From an uncultured Candidatus Saccharibacteria bacterium (GTDB lineage: Bacteria; Patescibacteriota; UBA1384; XYA2-FULL-43-10): DNA of 42,606 bases. Positions 34,501 to 41,530 of this stretch are shown piece after piece. The notes below the pieces were generated by a model. It had not been told where the DNA came from. It saw only the letters and a list, made by a program, of their open reading frames with translations, and did not search any database. The stretch lies in assembly GCA_964426805.1 (NCBI GenBank), contig CAYRRY010000003.1, forward strand, positions 1-42,606. Direction: 5' to 3'. The first letter of the stretch is position 1. Each line of letters begins with the position of its first letter. A program made the translations under genes and the position numbers.

Positions 34501-36728
34501 AAGGTGGCGAATTAAACGCCGAGAATTGGGGTGCTTTGCGAGACAAGCTAGTTGAAGATAACCCAGAGTTGTTCACAAAAACAGAATCAAATTGGACACG
34601 CTTTATGTCCAACGATAGACAGCCGCTCGGCAACTCTTATCACCCAGAAGGCTATACCGCTAATTCAGAAGGTACTGAGCTCGGCATGAGCTTTCTTCCT
34701 TCCGGAGGCGATGGCTCAGTTGATATAGATATTTCAGCCATGGCCGGCCATACAGCCTTTGGTGGCGGTCACAGCATAGATATCGGAAATGATACTCAAC
34801 TTTTTGTAACCATAGGACCTAGAGAGTATGAACTTTCTCACGATGTATTGGTTGTAGAAATCACTCCCGGCGAAAATGCCCACTTTCCCAAGGGGCTAGC
34901 AGACCGGTTTTTCGAAAAACTGAGCAATGGAAAAATCATCCCTAGAGAAGGCTTTCAGATAACAGTTGATCAGGCAATAGATGGAAATCTAAATACTATT
35001 GGCGATATGGATGAAACGAATATGGCTTCATTTGCTGCAGAAATCAATGGTTCAGAAGGAACAGTAGATGCGGTCGCTGGAATAGATAACGTGGTTTCAA
35101 TGCCTTCTGTTACTGAGCACAATGCCGGAGATGTGCTACCACCTATTGCTTTAGGGTCTGACCGCGAAAAACACGTTGGCAAGAAAAAAAGCGCTGAGGA
35201 TAAAACAAATAAAGACCAATTGCCGCCTGACCCGAAAAATCCCGAAACAGAGGAAGCCAACAAAGCATTAATCATGCCCGAAGATAAAAAAGAACAGATA
35301 TTGGAAGCATCGCGAGAAGCTGTGAAGAGCGGAGAACCTGAGAAAGCATCTATCTTGTCGCGATTGATTGAAGATGAGCAGATAGATCCTGAATCTTTAA
35401 AAGAGGAAATTAAAAATGACCATGGAGAGCGTTTTTCAGAAGAAAGATTCGATCAGGCCTTGGCTGAAATAACACTTATCGTCTCCCCGCCCCCGGAGTC
35501 ATCCTATGAAGAAAGTGCAGGTGACGAGGAAAATGCGCCCACTCCCAAACCTCACGAAGAAGAAACAACAGATGAAACCAAAAAAAGATTCCAAGAGGCA
35601 ATTATAATGTTCGATAAGGCCATCAAAGCAGGAGCTACTTTCAAGGATCGATTGCAAGCCGTAAAAAACGCTCAAAAAATGGGTTTCTACAGGGATGAAG
35701 AAGGAAAGGTTATAAACAAAATTAGACTGATTAGTCTCAAGGAAGATGATCAAGAATGGGATGACCAAGAGTGGGTTGATATCTCGGATCTTACAGAAGA
35801 CTATGACAACAGAATTTTGTTGACCTTAAGGGCCAGCAAAGAGGTGCTAAAAAAAGCGGTTGAAAAAATAGGAAAAACGAACCCCAACGACAGTCCCCTC
35901 TCAGAGCAGCTCAAAGGCGAAGCCGAAGAGAAGCCTGAAATAGAGGAGAATGTAGTTGACGAAAAAGAAGATGAGGTCGAGCTGGAAAATGCTGACAATG
36001 AAAAAGAGGGAGAAATTGAAAAGATTGTGCTAAACCGAGATCGCAAAGAGCAGCTTACTCAAAAACTTGAAGAGTACCAGCAGAGAGATCCTTACAAAGC
36101 TCCGGAGACGAAGATGGATACAGTATGCAAAACAGAAGTGTTGAATGCACTGCTTGAAGATGGCGAGGTAGATACTGAGAACCTTCGTGAGGAATTGCGT
36201 CAAAAGTACAGGTCTGGATTCCACGAACCAGCCTTTGATAACGCGATTTTCGTAATTAATAATTATAACGAAAACGGTGGAGTTGATGTTTCAGGAGGAT
36301 CGGGCTTACCACAAGTGGAAGCAAAAGAAGGAGAAGAGAAAGCGTTAAGCAAAGAAGAAGCGGCTGAACTCAAAAAATTGTCACGAGAGTACGGTGATTC
36401 TTTGAGCATGAAAGGCAACAGTCGACCAAGGTGGATTTTGCATGAAAATATCAGAAAAGGCACTATTGTTGAAGAAGGAGTTATAAATAAATCAGAAAAT
36501 GGTAAGGTTAGCCCAGAAGATAATTACAAATTAAGTGCTGAGGAATATTCTGTCTTTGGCTATGATGAAAAAACGGGCATGGTAGAAATGAAAATATCTT
36601 CGAAAAAACCTAAGAAGAGAAACGAAAGTGTCTCGATAAGACTAGATCGCCTAGTAAAATACATGGAGCCTAAAAAAGGGCATGAAGCTAGAAGACAGGC
36701 TGCAGCTGAAACAATTCAAGTAAATTAA
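31587..36728 (+). CDS. Giant (1713 aa) acidic protein with a central TM hairpin; no recognised domain
   Basis: GGGGAGGG SD. Uninterrupted 5.1-kb ORF. Hydrophobic block VAVGLAASLLARPAAKGIILGAAATLGVGTGFALPILIGAGIAGAISYG near residue 650. E/D/K-rich elsewhere. Confidence 0.8.
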   Translation: MNESLRYGEKELNDFIDRQNKQKTKEEENPDRHKMMRYEGPETDDAEKDPFGVGKGYGAKKLGVDNQESETTNSTELVTLNEVKPISSEVINDALSLVEADNRKNENLKILKELILRLVREALEKVLASDGNAYEVKGAEGNSQKEGVPVDKMINFLLEEIDPESKTEISLKGDNNTLRDEVLTQVMHPFNRLSHLERSKVDESEAAIIENIDFILTSEEIAEEDRKRLEMVKLMIEKSERFFDLDRSSSQFDEEGRRVNNGWRTDHEAEEIKEDEVRDMGSEDANQEKAKADLNDRREVFVEEEENVPGGEAEKEITPKVVDFSVEDAEPTDPKTEPRQKALPPHPEQDALPPHVEEKEKIKIADISEIVKAMAWRIAENRVNEVINSVNVPQESGFFGKIKSAAKGMWSRLTTREGWQSSLHAMSEEGYRKKYYDEAIAEIQGNNDLLNAITNRAEGEGSGGTTPEKIEHHEILDAVVKQMELGLVEACEQGEDLVDRSAQFAELFNRHLKGEFSSRSEFEAAAEEAIRNSDLSQEEFAKDESRRDEAEGLMYASNLWDIAERFKTQREEEIDAALGSESLSDVEKEAYIEGLEGLNDLDIQLVTKFGDINEDRARRPDKKGRYFSWADNALDRLYSVPVVGSVAKKITHPVAVGLAASLLARPAAKGIILGAAATLGVGTGFALPILIGAGIAGAISYGRRARKVGHERGMESRRQTLGEEGEGQTAEQLRENTFAQVDGEALLEAIGSDNEDVQHDALVEASSLLEAERRLRAQGRNTDLIRIGQAEGQRLQSNIVTKTELMAAVSEAGLSEKDQLLINDRADEHVSQVREKDRDFESYRKKESLRAAAKSAATAAVLGFAATEIADEVSEHMHNAGEQNNVVTASEWMQGQRPDVHHYELDSPKGPDGEKIWVFENNSDSIPVEVNENLDVELGINAETGQLEPYGALPAGVTLEDGQIVQHIEGLEGGELNAENWGALRDKLVEDNPELFTKTESNWTRFMSNDRQPLGNSYHPEGYTANSEGTELGMSFLPSGGDGSVDIDISAMAGHTAFGGGHSIDIGNDTQLFVTIGPREYELSHDVLVVEITPGENAHFPKGLADRFFEKLSNGKIIPREGFQITVDQAIDGNLNTIGDMDETNMASFAAEINGSEGTVDAVAGIDNVVSMPSVTEHNAGDVLPPIALGSDREKHVGKKKSAEDKTNKDQLPPDPKNPETEEANKALIMPEDKKEQILEASREAVKSGEPEKASILSRLIEDEQIDPESLKEEIKNDHGERFSEERFDQALAEITLIVSPPPESSYEESAGDEENAPTPKPHEEETTDETKKRFQEAIIMFDKAIKAGATFKDRLQAVKNAQKMGFYRDEEGKVINKIRLISLKEDDQEWDDQEWVDISDLTEDYDNRILLTLRASKEVLKKAVEKIGKTNPNDSPLSEQLKGEAEEKPEIEENVVDEKEDEVELENADNEKEGEIEKIVLNRDRKEQLTQKLEEYQQRDPYKAPETKMDTVCKTEVLNALLEDGEVDTENLREELRQKYRSGFHEPAFDNAIFVINNYNENGGVDVSGGSGLPQVEAKEGEEKALSKEEAAELKKLSREYGDSLSMKGNSRPRWILHENIRKGTIVEEGVINKSENGKVSPEDNYKLSAEEYSVFGYDEKTGMVEMKISSKKPKKRNESVSIRLDRLVKYMEPKKGHEARRQAAAETIQVN

Positions 36729-36757
36729 TAGTAATATATTTATTAAGGAGCATATAT

Positions 36758-37090
36758 ATGGATAAATCAAAAACAAAAATGGTACCGGAGATGACACCCG
36801 AAGTAAAAGATTATCTTCAACTTCTGATGCGCGAAAAAAAGCTTGATGTGTTGCCAGCAAAACTTCAATCAGAGATGCTGCTTGACCTTTTCGTCCGATA
36901 CATGGATTATCTGCTTGCCAATACTGCCACTTCGCTAGAAGAAGATAATAGAGACCAATTCGACAAGCTTCTGGACAGCGGAGCACCGCAAGAAGAGATT
37001 AACGATTTTATAAAAAAGAATGTAGATTCAGCAAAGGTCGCACAAGAAACTAATCAGGAATTCAGGGATATTTTTCTCGGCAATAAATAG
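36758..37090 (+). CDS. Small helical protein (DUF5663-like)
   Basis: AAGGAG SD. The pattern LP..LQSEMLLDL......L..T..SL.EE....F..LL.....EEI..F resembles DUF5663 proteins common in CPR. This is from memory, not a search. Confidence 0.45.
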   Translation: MDKSKTKMVPEMTPEVKDYLQLLMREKKLDVLPAKLQSEMLLDLFVRYMDYLLANTATSLEEDNRDQFDKLLDSGAPQEEINDFIKKNVDSAKVAQETNQEFRDIFLGNK

Positions 37091-37191
37091 ATTTATGGTT
37101 AAGTCCATTCCGCCTTTTTGATATTCCCGCACAGGCGGGAATCAACTAAAAACTCTTTTCGTAATTCATTAATATTGATCTATAAAACGAG

Positions 37192-37223
37192 GAAAGACCC
37201 GCATGCAAGCATGCGGGTCTTTC
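37192..37223 (-). terminator. Strong hairpin terminator after the islet-3 313-aa gene
   Basis: 15-bp perfect inverted repeat gaaagacccgcatgc/gcatgcgggtctttc. The minus strand continues cctcgtttt. Confidence 0.6.
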
Positions 37224-37255
37224 GGTGTATCCCTCCTCTCTTCTTCTTCTCGATG

Positions 37256-38197
37256 TCAGCTGAGTCCCAGGCGAGCAAGCTCGCCCAGGATTTGATCACT
37301 ATCTTCGTCTTGCTCCGCGAACAACTCGCGAAGTGCCCAGTTGCCGGCGCGGCCGGCAACGACCGCCTTTTCGTCGGCGGCGATCGCTACGCGACCGGCC
37401 TCCTTGGCGACTTTCATCGCCGCGGCCGCGTCATCGCGGGCCACCTGGTCCACCACCGAAGTGGCGGGGGCAGAGGTAGCTGGTGCCTTCGGCACCGAAG
37501 TGACCGGTGTGCTCGGTCGAACCACCGTAACTACAGGTGGCACCGACGGTGAAGTCGGAAACGGCGATGTCGGGGCTGCCGGAGCTGGCGCAGTGGCAGT
37601 AGTCGCTTGGGCATTGCCCAGTCGACGAAGCACCATGATCAACATCACGATACAGGCTGCAACGCCTGCAGCAATCGTCCAGAGCCAGTAATACTGTCCG
37701 AACTGGTTCTGGATCGCGGTCGAAACCGCATCCAGAATTGACTGCTGATTGCCAGTCAGCACTCGCTGATTCCCCTCAATCAGCGTTCCAAGTCCATCTA
37801 CCTCGGTCGTAGTGTGCGCATTGATCTCATCGCGCACTCGGTTGTTGTCGACCGAGATGACACCACGAGCCTGCTCTTCCGTCAAGCCAACGTGAACTGT
37901 CCGTGTGCTAGTACGGAACCGAGTCCGGTACTGCACGCGCGTCTGCGGCGTCTGGGGGGTAAGTGTCACGTTGCCACCGACATTGACGTCGATGGACCCG
38001 CGTACCCACTCTGCGTTGCGCGCTTCGGTCGTGGAGCGTCGCTCCGCAAGCGGAGTGCCGACGAGAAGTCCGTCGGTGGTCCGGTCACCGTCACGCAACT
38101 GCGTAACGGAAACGTCAGCGTCTTGCACGGGATCGTAGGCCCACGCAGTCGACACCATCATCATTGCGACGAACATCAAGGCAGTAATTCTCTTCAT
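37256..38197 (-). CDS. Signal-peptide plus single-TM protein with a P/T/A-rich linker (high-GC islet 3)
   Basis: The ORF-track start is 38287, but ATG at 38197 has GAGGAGAGGA upstream. That start gives MKRITALMFVAMMMVSTAWA. TM helix YYWLWTIAAGVAACIVMLIMVL, then a linker rich in P, T, A and S. Confidence 0.68.
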   Translation of the reverse strand: MKRITALMFVAMMMVSTAWAYDPVQDADVSVTQLRDGDRTTDGLLVGTPLAERRSTTEARNAEWVRGSIDVNVGGNVTLTPQTPQTRVQYRTRFRTSTRTVHVGLTEEQARGVISVDNNRVRDEINAHTTTEVDGLGTLIEGNQRVLTGNQQSILDAVSTAIQNQFGQYYWLWTIAAGVAACIVMLIMVLRRLGNAQATTATAPAPAAPTSPFPTSPSVPPVVTVVRPSTPVTSVPKAPATSAPATSVVDQVARDDAAAAMKVAKEAGRVAIAADEKAVVAGRAGNWALRELFAEQDEDSDQILGELARLGLS

Positions 38198-38273
38198 CGT
38201 GAATCCTCTCCTCGTAAATTGTCGCCCTCTTGGGGCGTGATATGCACACCCCATTAAGGGGACTCTCAAAGTG

Positions 38274-38339
38274 AACTTCGAAAGCAAGCAAAGAATAAGT
38301 ACTTACTCTCTCTTCGCTTTCGAAGTTTATTCTTTTTTT
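38274..38339. other. 12-bp perfect long-loop hairpin plus T-run in the leader region of the 313-aa gene
   Basis: aacttcgaaagc (38274-38285) pairs with gctttcgaagtt (38316-38327). T-run at 38328-38339 on the plus strand. Confidence 0.35.
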
Positions 38340-38441
38340 AAGGTACAGTGTATTAATTTATATCAACTACACTTCACCTTAATCGAACAATTTGGTCAGA
38401 AAGCCCAGTCGCATATTGCTTCCAGGCTCTCAGGTTTTGGC

Positions 38442-38473
38442 GGGTGGCCGAGACATCGCTGTCTCGGCCACCC
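38442..38473 (-). terminator. GC-rich hairpin after the acidic-repeat gene
   Basis: 14-bp perfect stem gggtggccgagaca/tgtctcggccaccc with a 4-nt loop. No U-run on the minus strand. Confidence 0.45.
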
Positions 38474-38482
38474 AACCGGGTA

Positions 38483-38785
38483 CTACTCGACCTCGTCGTC
38501 AGCGGGCGGGGTCTCGTCGTCCTCGTCGTCAGCGGGCGTGGTCTCGTCGTCCTCGTCGTCAGCGGGCGTGGTCTCGTCGAGGAACAGCTCTTCCCTCATT
38601 GTGCGAGCGGCCGAAGCGATGGCTACGGCATTGCCCTCGACAAGTGCCAGTGCGTTACCAACCTCTTCATTCGCAGCCTGCTGGCCCGCGATTGCGCCTA
38701 TCTCGCTCAACTGAGCGAGAAAGGCGACGGCTTTCTTGTTGCCTTTTTCCGCTGCATTATTCGCTCTCTCGATGAGGGTTGACAT
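38483..38785 (-). CDS. Small helical protein with a tandem acidic C-terminal repeat (high-GC islet 3)
   Basis: The ORF-track start is 38857, but ATG at 38785 has GGAGG 9 nt upstream. Sequence runs MSTLIERANNAAEKGNKK...DETTPADDEDDETTPADDEDDETPPADDEVE*. Confidence 0.62.
   Translation of the reverse strand: MSTLIERANNAAEKGNKKAVAFLAQLSEIGAIAGQQAANEEVGNALALVEGNAVAIASAARTMREELFLDETTPADDEDDETTPADDEDDETPPADDEVE
38491..38580. repeat. Three tandem 30-bp repeats within the 38483-38785 CDS
   Basis: cctcgtcgtcagcgggcg(g/t)ggtctcgtcgt at 38491-38520, 38521-38550 and 38551-38580, nearly identical. They encode the DDEDDETTPA units. Confidence 0.9.
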
Positions 38786-38832
38786 TTCTTTGTGACCTCC
38801 AAGTGGAGCATTTTGGCGCGAACATACGAATT

Positions 38833-39030
38833 GCGCCATAATGTTGTACAATCTCATAGGCGGAGGGGGAGCCTACGTCTAACACTCTCCCGAAGGAAAG
38901 AGCTAGAATTGATCGTACAACATTCTGGCGCAATTGGTGCTGCAAAGTGTTGCTCAGTCATGCAGGCGGAGGGGGTACCCACATCTGTCGTCCCGAAGGA
39001 CAACAGAAAGAGACCAAGCAACACACTGCA
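38833..39030 (-). ncRNA. Two tandem structured RNA units with C-rich hairpin loops (6C-like), in the leader of the acidic-repeat gene
   Basis: On the minus strand each unit has an outer long-range stem, a UUCG-capped hairpin, and a hairpin with a 9-nt loop (A/U)CCCCCUCC. Stems differ between units but stay paired. Promoter at 39099-39127. Confidence 0.4.
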
Positions 39031-39098
39031 GCACATATAATTGTTTTATTCTTGAACTTCCCAAGGGAACAATTTCTCTCTCACCCTCAGAACTAGCT

Positions 39099-39127
39099 AT
39101 CTTAGCATATTAGAACAACTTTGTCAA
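39099..39127 (-). promoter_or_regulatory. Sigma-70-type promoter with extended -10, reading into islet 3
   Basis: Minus strand: TTGACA (39122-39127), 17-nt spacer ending in TGC, then TAAGAT (39099-39104). Confidence 0.5.
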
Positions 39128-39138
39128 TCCCTTTTTTA

Positions 39139-40230
39139 TTATCTTTTATTTTTCACTAGATCCAAATATACTTGCAAATTATGCAGCGTAGCCAGACGTA
39201 GGCCCAAGATCTCATTTACCCGTACCAGATGAGAGATATAGGCTCGGGAGAAACCTCCAGCGCAGGCTGGGCAGGCACAACTTTTCTCTATCACAGCCTT
39301 ATCGGTTCTGTATTTAGAGTTTAGAAGATTTATCAACTTATAGTTTTTGCCGTTTTTGATGTATACCGAACCATGTCTTGCTAAGCGTGTAGGCAAGACA
39401 CAATCAAACATATCCATACTGTACCCTATTGCTTTTTTTATATCGTCCGGAGTGCCTACGCCCATCAAGTACCTCGGCTTATCCGCAGGTAATATCTCCC
39501 CCATCAACTTCACCGTCTTCCACATATCACGCGTTTCATGATCAACCGCCAATCCTCCAACTGAATATCCGTCGAAATCCAGCTCAACCAGCCTCCTCAC
39601 ACAGTATTTTCTTTGCTCTAAGTCTAAACCACCTTGAACTATGCCGAACAAACCAGGACGCTCTCCTGCTTTCATGCCTTTAGTCTTTTTATTGAAATAC
39701 TCCTTCGATCTTTCTGCCCACTCAATAGTCAGTTCCACGGCTCTCTTGACCTCCGTCTTACTCGCTTTACCACTAGGGCAGACATCTAGCGGCATCATGA
39801 TATCTACGCCTAGATCAAGCTGAATCTGAATCACCTTCTCGGGCGTAAACATATGTTTTGAGCCATCTAGATGAGACTGAAACTCCGCACCTTCTTCGGT
39901 AATTTTGACGAGGGACTTTCTACCCTCTCCCCTATCTCCAAGTGAAAAAACCTGATATCCGCCAGAATCAGTCAAAATCGGCTTATCCCAACGCATAAAT
40001 TCGTGTAATCCGCCCATCTTTTTGATTAGTTTCTCGCCCGGTCTTAGATATAGGTGATACGTATTGGATAGTACGATCTGAGCTCCAAGCTGGCTAAGCT
40101 CTTCTGGGCTCACTCCTTTTACACTACCAACAGTCCCCACAGGCATAAAAAATGGGGTGTTAATGTCTCCATGGGGAGTTTTTATAACACCTGCCCTACT
40201 TTTAGATTTTTTGTTTAATACAAATTTCAT
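39139..40230 (-). CDS. tgt: Queuine tRNA-ribosyltransferase
   Basis: TPFFMPVGT, LSNTYHL, DSGGYQVFS, GLAVGE-like GGLAVDH, and the zinc site C.CPAC...H. ATG at 40230 (MKF...) is preferred over TTG at 40236. Confidence 0.95.
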   Translation of the reverse strand: MKFVLNKKSKSRAGVIKTPHGDINTPFFMPVGTVGSVKGVSPEELSQLGAQIVLSNTYHLYLRPGEKLIKKMGGLHEFMRWDKPILTDSGGYQVFSLGDRGEGRKSLVKITEEGAEFQSHLDGSKHMFTPEKVIQIQLDLGVDIMMPLDVCPSGKASKTEVKRAVELTIEWAERSKEYFNKKTKGMKAGERPGLFGIVQGGLDLEQRKYCVRRLVELDFDGYSVGGLAVDHETRDMWKTVKLMGEILPADKPRYLMGVGTPDDIKKAIGYSMDMFDCVLPTRLARHGSVYIKNGKNYKLINLLNSKYRTDKAVIEKSCACPACAGGFSRAYISHLVRVNEILGLRLATLHNLQVYLDLVKNKR

Positions 40231-40243
40231 CGGCAAAAGTTTA

Positions 40244-40284
40244 CCAAAAACGACTCGCCTTGTCTAGCAAGATGAGTCGTTTTC
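40244..40284 (-). terminator. Intrinsic terminator after rplL
   Basis: 10-bp perfect stem aaaacgactc/gagtcgtttt. The minus strand ends in tttttgg. Confidence 0.7.
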
Positions 40285-40302
40285 TTAAAAAACCAATATA
40301 GG

Positions 40303-40797
40303 TTATTTCATTTCTACTGTAGCACCGGCAGCTTCTAGCTTCTTCTTTGCTTCCTCAGCATCTTCTTTCTTTGCACCCTTTAGGATCTCTTTTGGAGCGG
40401 CATCAACCAAGTCTTTTGCTTCTTTTAGCCCTAACTCAGGCTTGATCTCTCGAACAGCCTTGATAACTTGAATCTTCTTGTCTCCACCCGAAGCAAGTAT
40501 GACGTCGAACTCAGACTTCTCTTCTGCAGCAGCTTCGCCACCTGCAGGAGCACCCGCAGCAGCAGCTACTGGAGCAGCAGCGCTAACACCAAATTTCTCT
40601 TCTAGTTCAGAAACCAACTCAGAAAGCTCTAGAACAGAAAGTTCTTCAATCTGTTTGATTAAATCCTTGAACTTGCCACTTGGCTCTTTCTTCTCTTCTT
40701 TGGCTTCTTCTTTTACTTCTTCCTTTTTCTCCTCTGCCTTTGGAGCCTCGGGAGCTTTTTTCTCTTCAACTTTTTCCTCTTTTTTCTCTTCACTCAT
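40303..40797 (-). CDS. rplL: 50S ribosomal protein L7/L12 with a ~40-aa K/E-rich N-terminal extension
   Basis: Core [19 protein letters not shown]...AAA hinge...[21 protein letters not shown]...[13 protein letters not shown]. Confidence 0.93.
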   Translation of the reverse strand: MSEEKKEEKVEEKKAPEAPKAEEKKEEVKEEAKEEKKEPSGKFKDLIKQIEELSVLELSELVSELEEKFGVSAAAPVAAAAGAPAGGEAAAEEKSEFDVILASGGDKKIQVIKAVREIKPELGLKEAKDLVDAAPKEILKGAKKEDAEEAKKKLEAAGATVEMK

Positions 40798-40824
40798 AAT
40801 TATCCTTTCGTAAAAATATATTTA

Positions 40825-41346
40825 TTAATTTTTCTGCTCTTTAACTTGATTCAAAACATTGACCAATCCTCGGATATTGCCAGATAGTACATTTAACATG
40901 CCACTTAGTGGTGCGGCAATCGTGCCAACTACCTTTGCATATAACTCTTCCTTTGAAGGAAGCGCGGCCAAAGCCTTTACTCTGTCAACTTCCAAATACT
41001 CATCTCCCATAAATCCGCCCATAACCTCTAGCTCTTCGTGTTTTTTGGCGAAAGCGTCCAGCTCTTTCACGCCCTGTACTTCATCTTGGTATGAAAAAGT
41101 TATTGCAAGGGGCTTCGTATAATGCTCTTTTGGAATATCAATTCCTCTCTCTTTCAAGGCTAATTTCAAAAGTGAATTTTTGGTAACCACAAGTTCAGAA
41201 CCGTTTTCTAGTAATTTTCCACGAAGCTCTTCTGAATCTTTAACCTTCAAGCCCTTGTAATCCAAAACTACGATTGATTTTGCTAGTCCAATCTTTTCAG
41301 AATATTCTTTAACTAATTTTTCCTTCATCTCTCTTGTTTTGGCCAT
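40825..41346 (-). CDS. rplJ: 50S ribosomal protein L10
   Basis: K..LV.E.......S..VV..DY.GL.V.....LR..L pattern. Sits immediately upstream of rplL. Confidence 0.93.
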   Translation of the reverse strand: MAKTREMKEKLVKEYSEKIGLAKSIVVLDYKGLKVKDSEELRGKLLENGSELVVTKNSLLKLALKERGIDIPKEHYTKPLAITFSYQDEVQGVKELDAFAKKHEELEVMGGFMGDEYLEVDRVKALAALPSKEELYAKVVGTIAAPLSGMLNVLSGNIRGLVNVLNQVKEQKN

Positions 41347-41530
41347 TGTGCCTCCGCTTATTAAAAAATCTCCGCTTTCGCAGAGACAAAACTAAAAAAT
41401 GATTTAGTTTCCTCGGCAAGTGATTAAGCCACCCCTCGGGTGACACTTGCTGTCTCTGGAAGCATATTCAATTTATCATATCAACCCAATAGTGTCAACA
41501 GTCTCACTTTCTGATCACGTTAAAACCCAA
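41347..41530 (-). promoter_or_regulatory. rplJ 5' leader (L10-leader-like) with an attenuator hairpin
   Basis: Minus strand has nested stems gcaagtg...cacttgc enclosing caccc-gag-gggtg. Then tctctgc-gaaa-gcggaga plus six U (41363-41386), directly before the GGAGG SD. Confidence 0.45.

Noticed and set aside
37118-38257. Plus-strand ORFs in islet 3 (37118-37552, 37341-37691, 37814-38257, 37905-38138).
   Set aside because: High-GC DNA keeps many frames open. These lack SDs and are Arg/Ser/Gly-rich. The minus-strand gene has an SD, a signal peptide, a TM helix and a terminator.
38491-38580. Possible CRISPR array, considered because of regularly spaced identical 30-bp units.
   Set aside because: The units are directly adjacent with no spacers. 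They are in frame within a CDS, and no cas genes are present.
38271-38782. Arg-rich and Ser/Val-rich plus-strand ORFs (38271-38714, 38392-38775, 38444-38782) with repeated RRPRRQRAWS / SSSSSAGVVS units.
   Set aside because: They are alternative-frame and antisense readings of the 30-bp tandem repeat. The minus-strand acidic protein has the SD and a sensible N-terminal domain.
38833-39030. Possible template/variable repeat pair of a diversity-generating retroelement.
   Set aside because: No reverse transcriptase is in the window. Differences between the two copies are not adenine-specific, and the copies are non-coding in differing frames.
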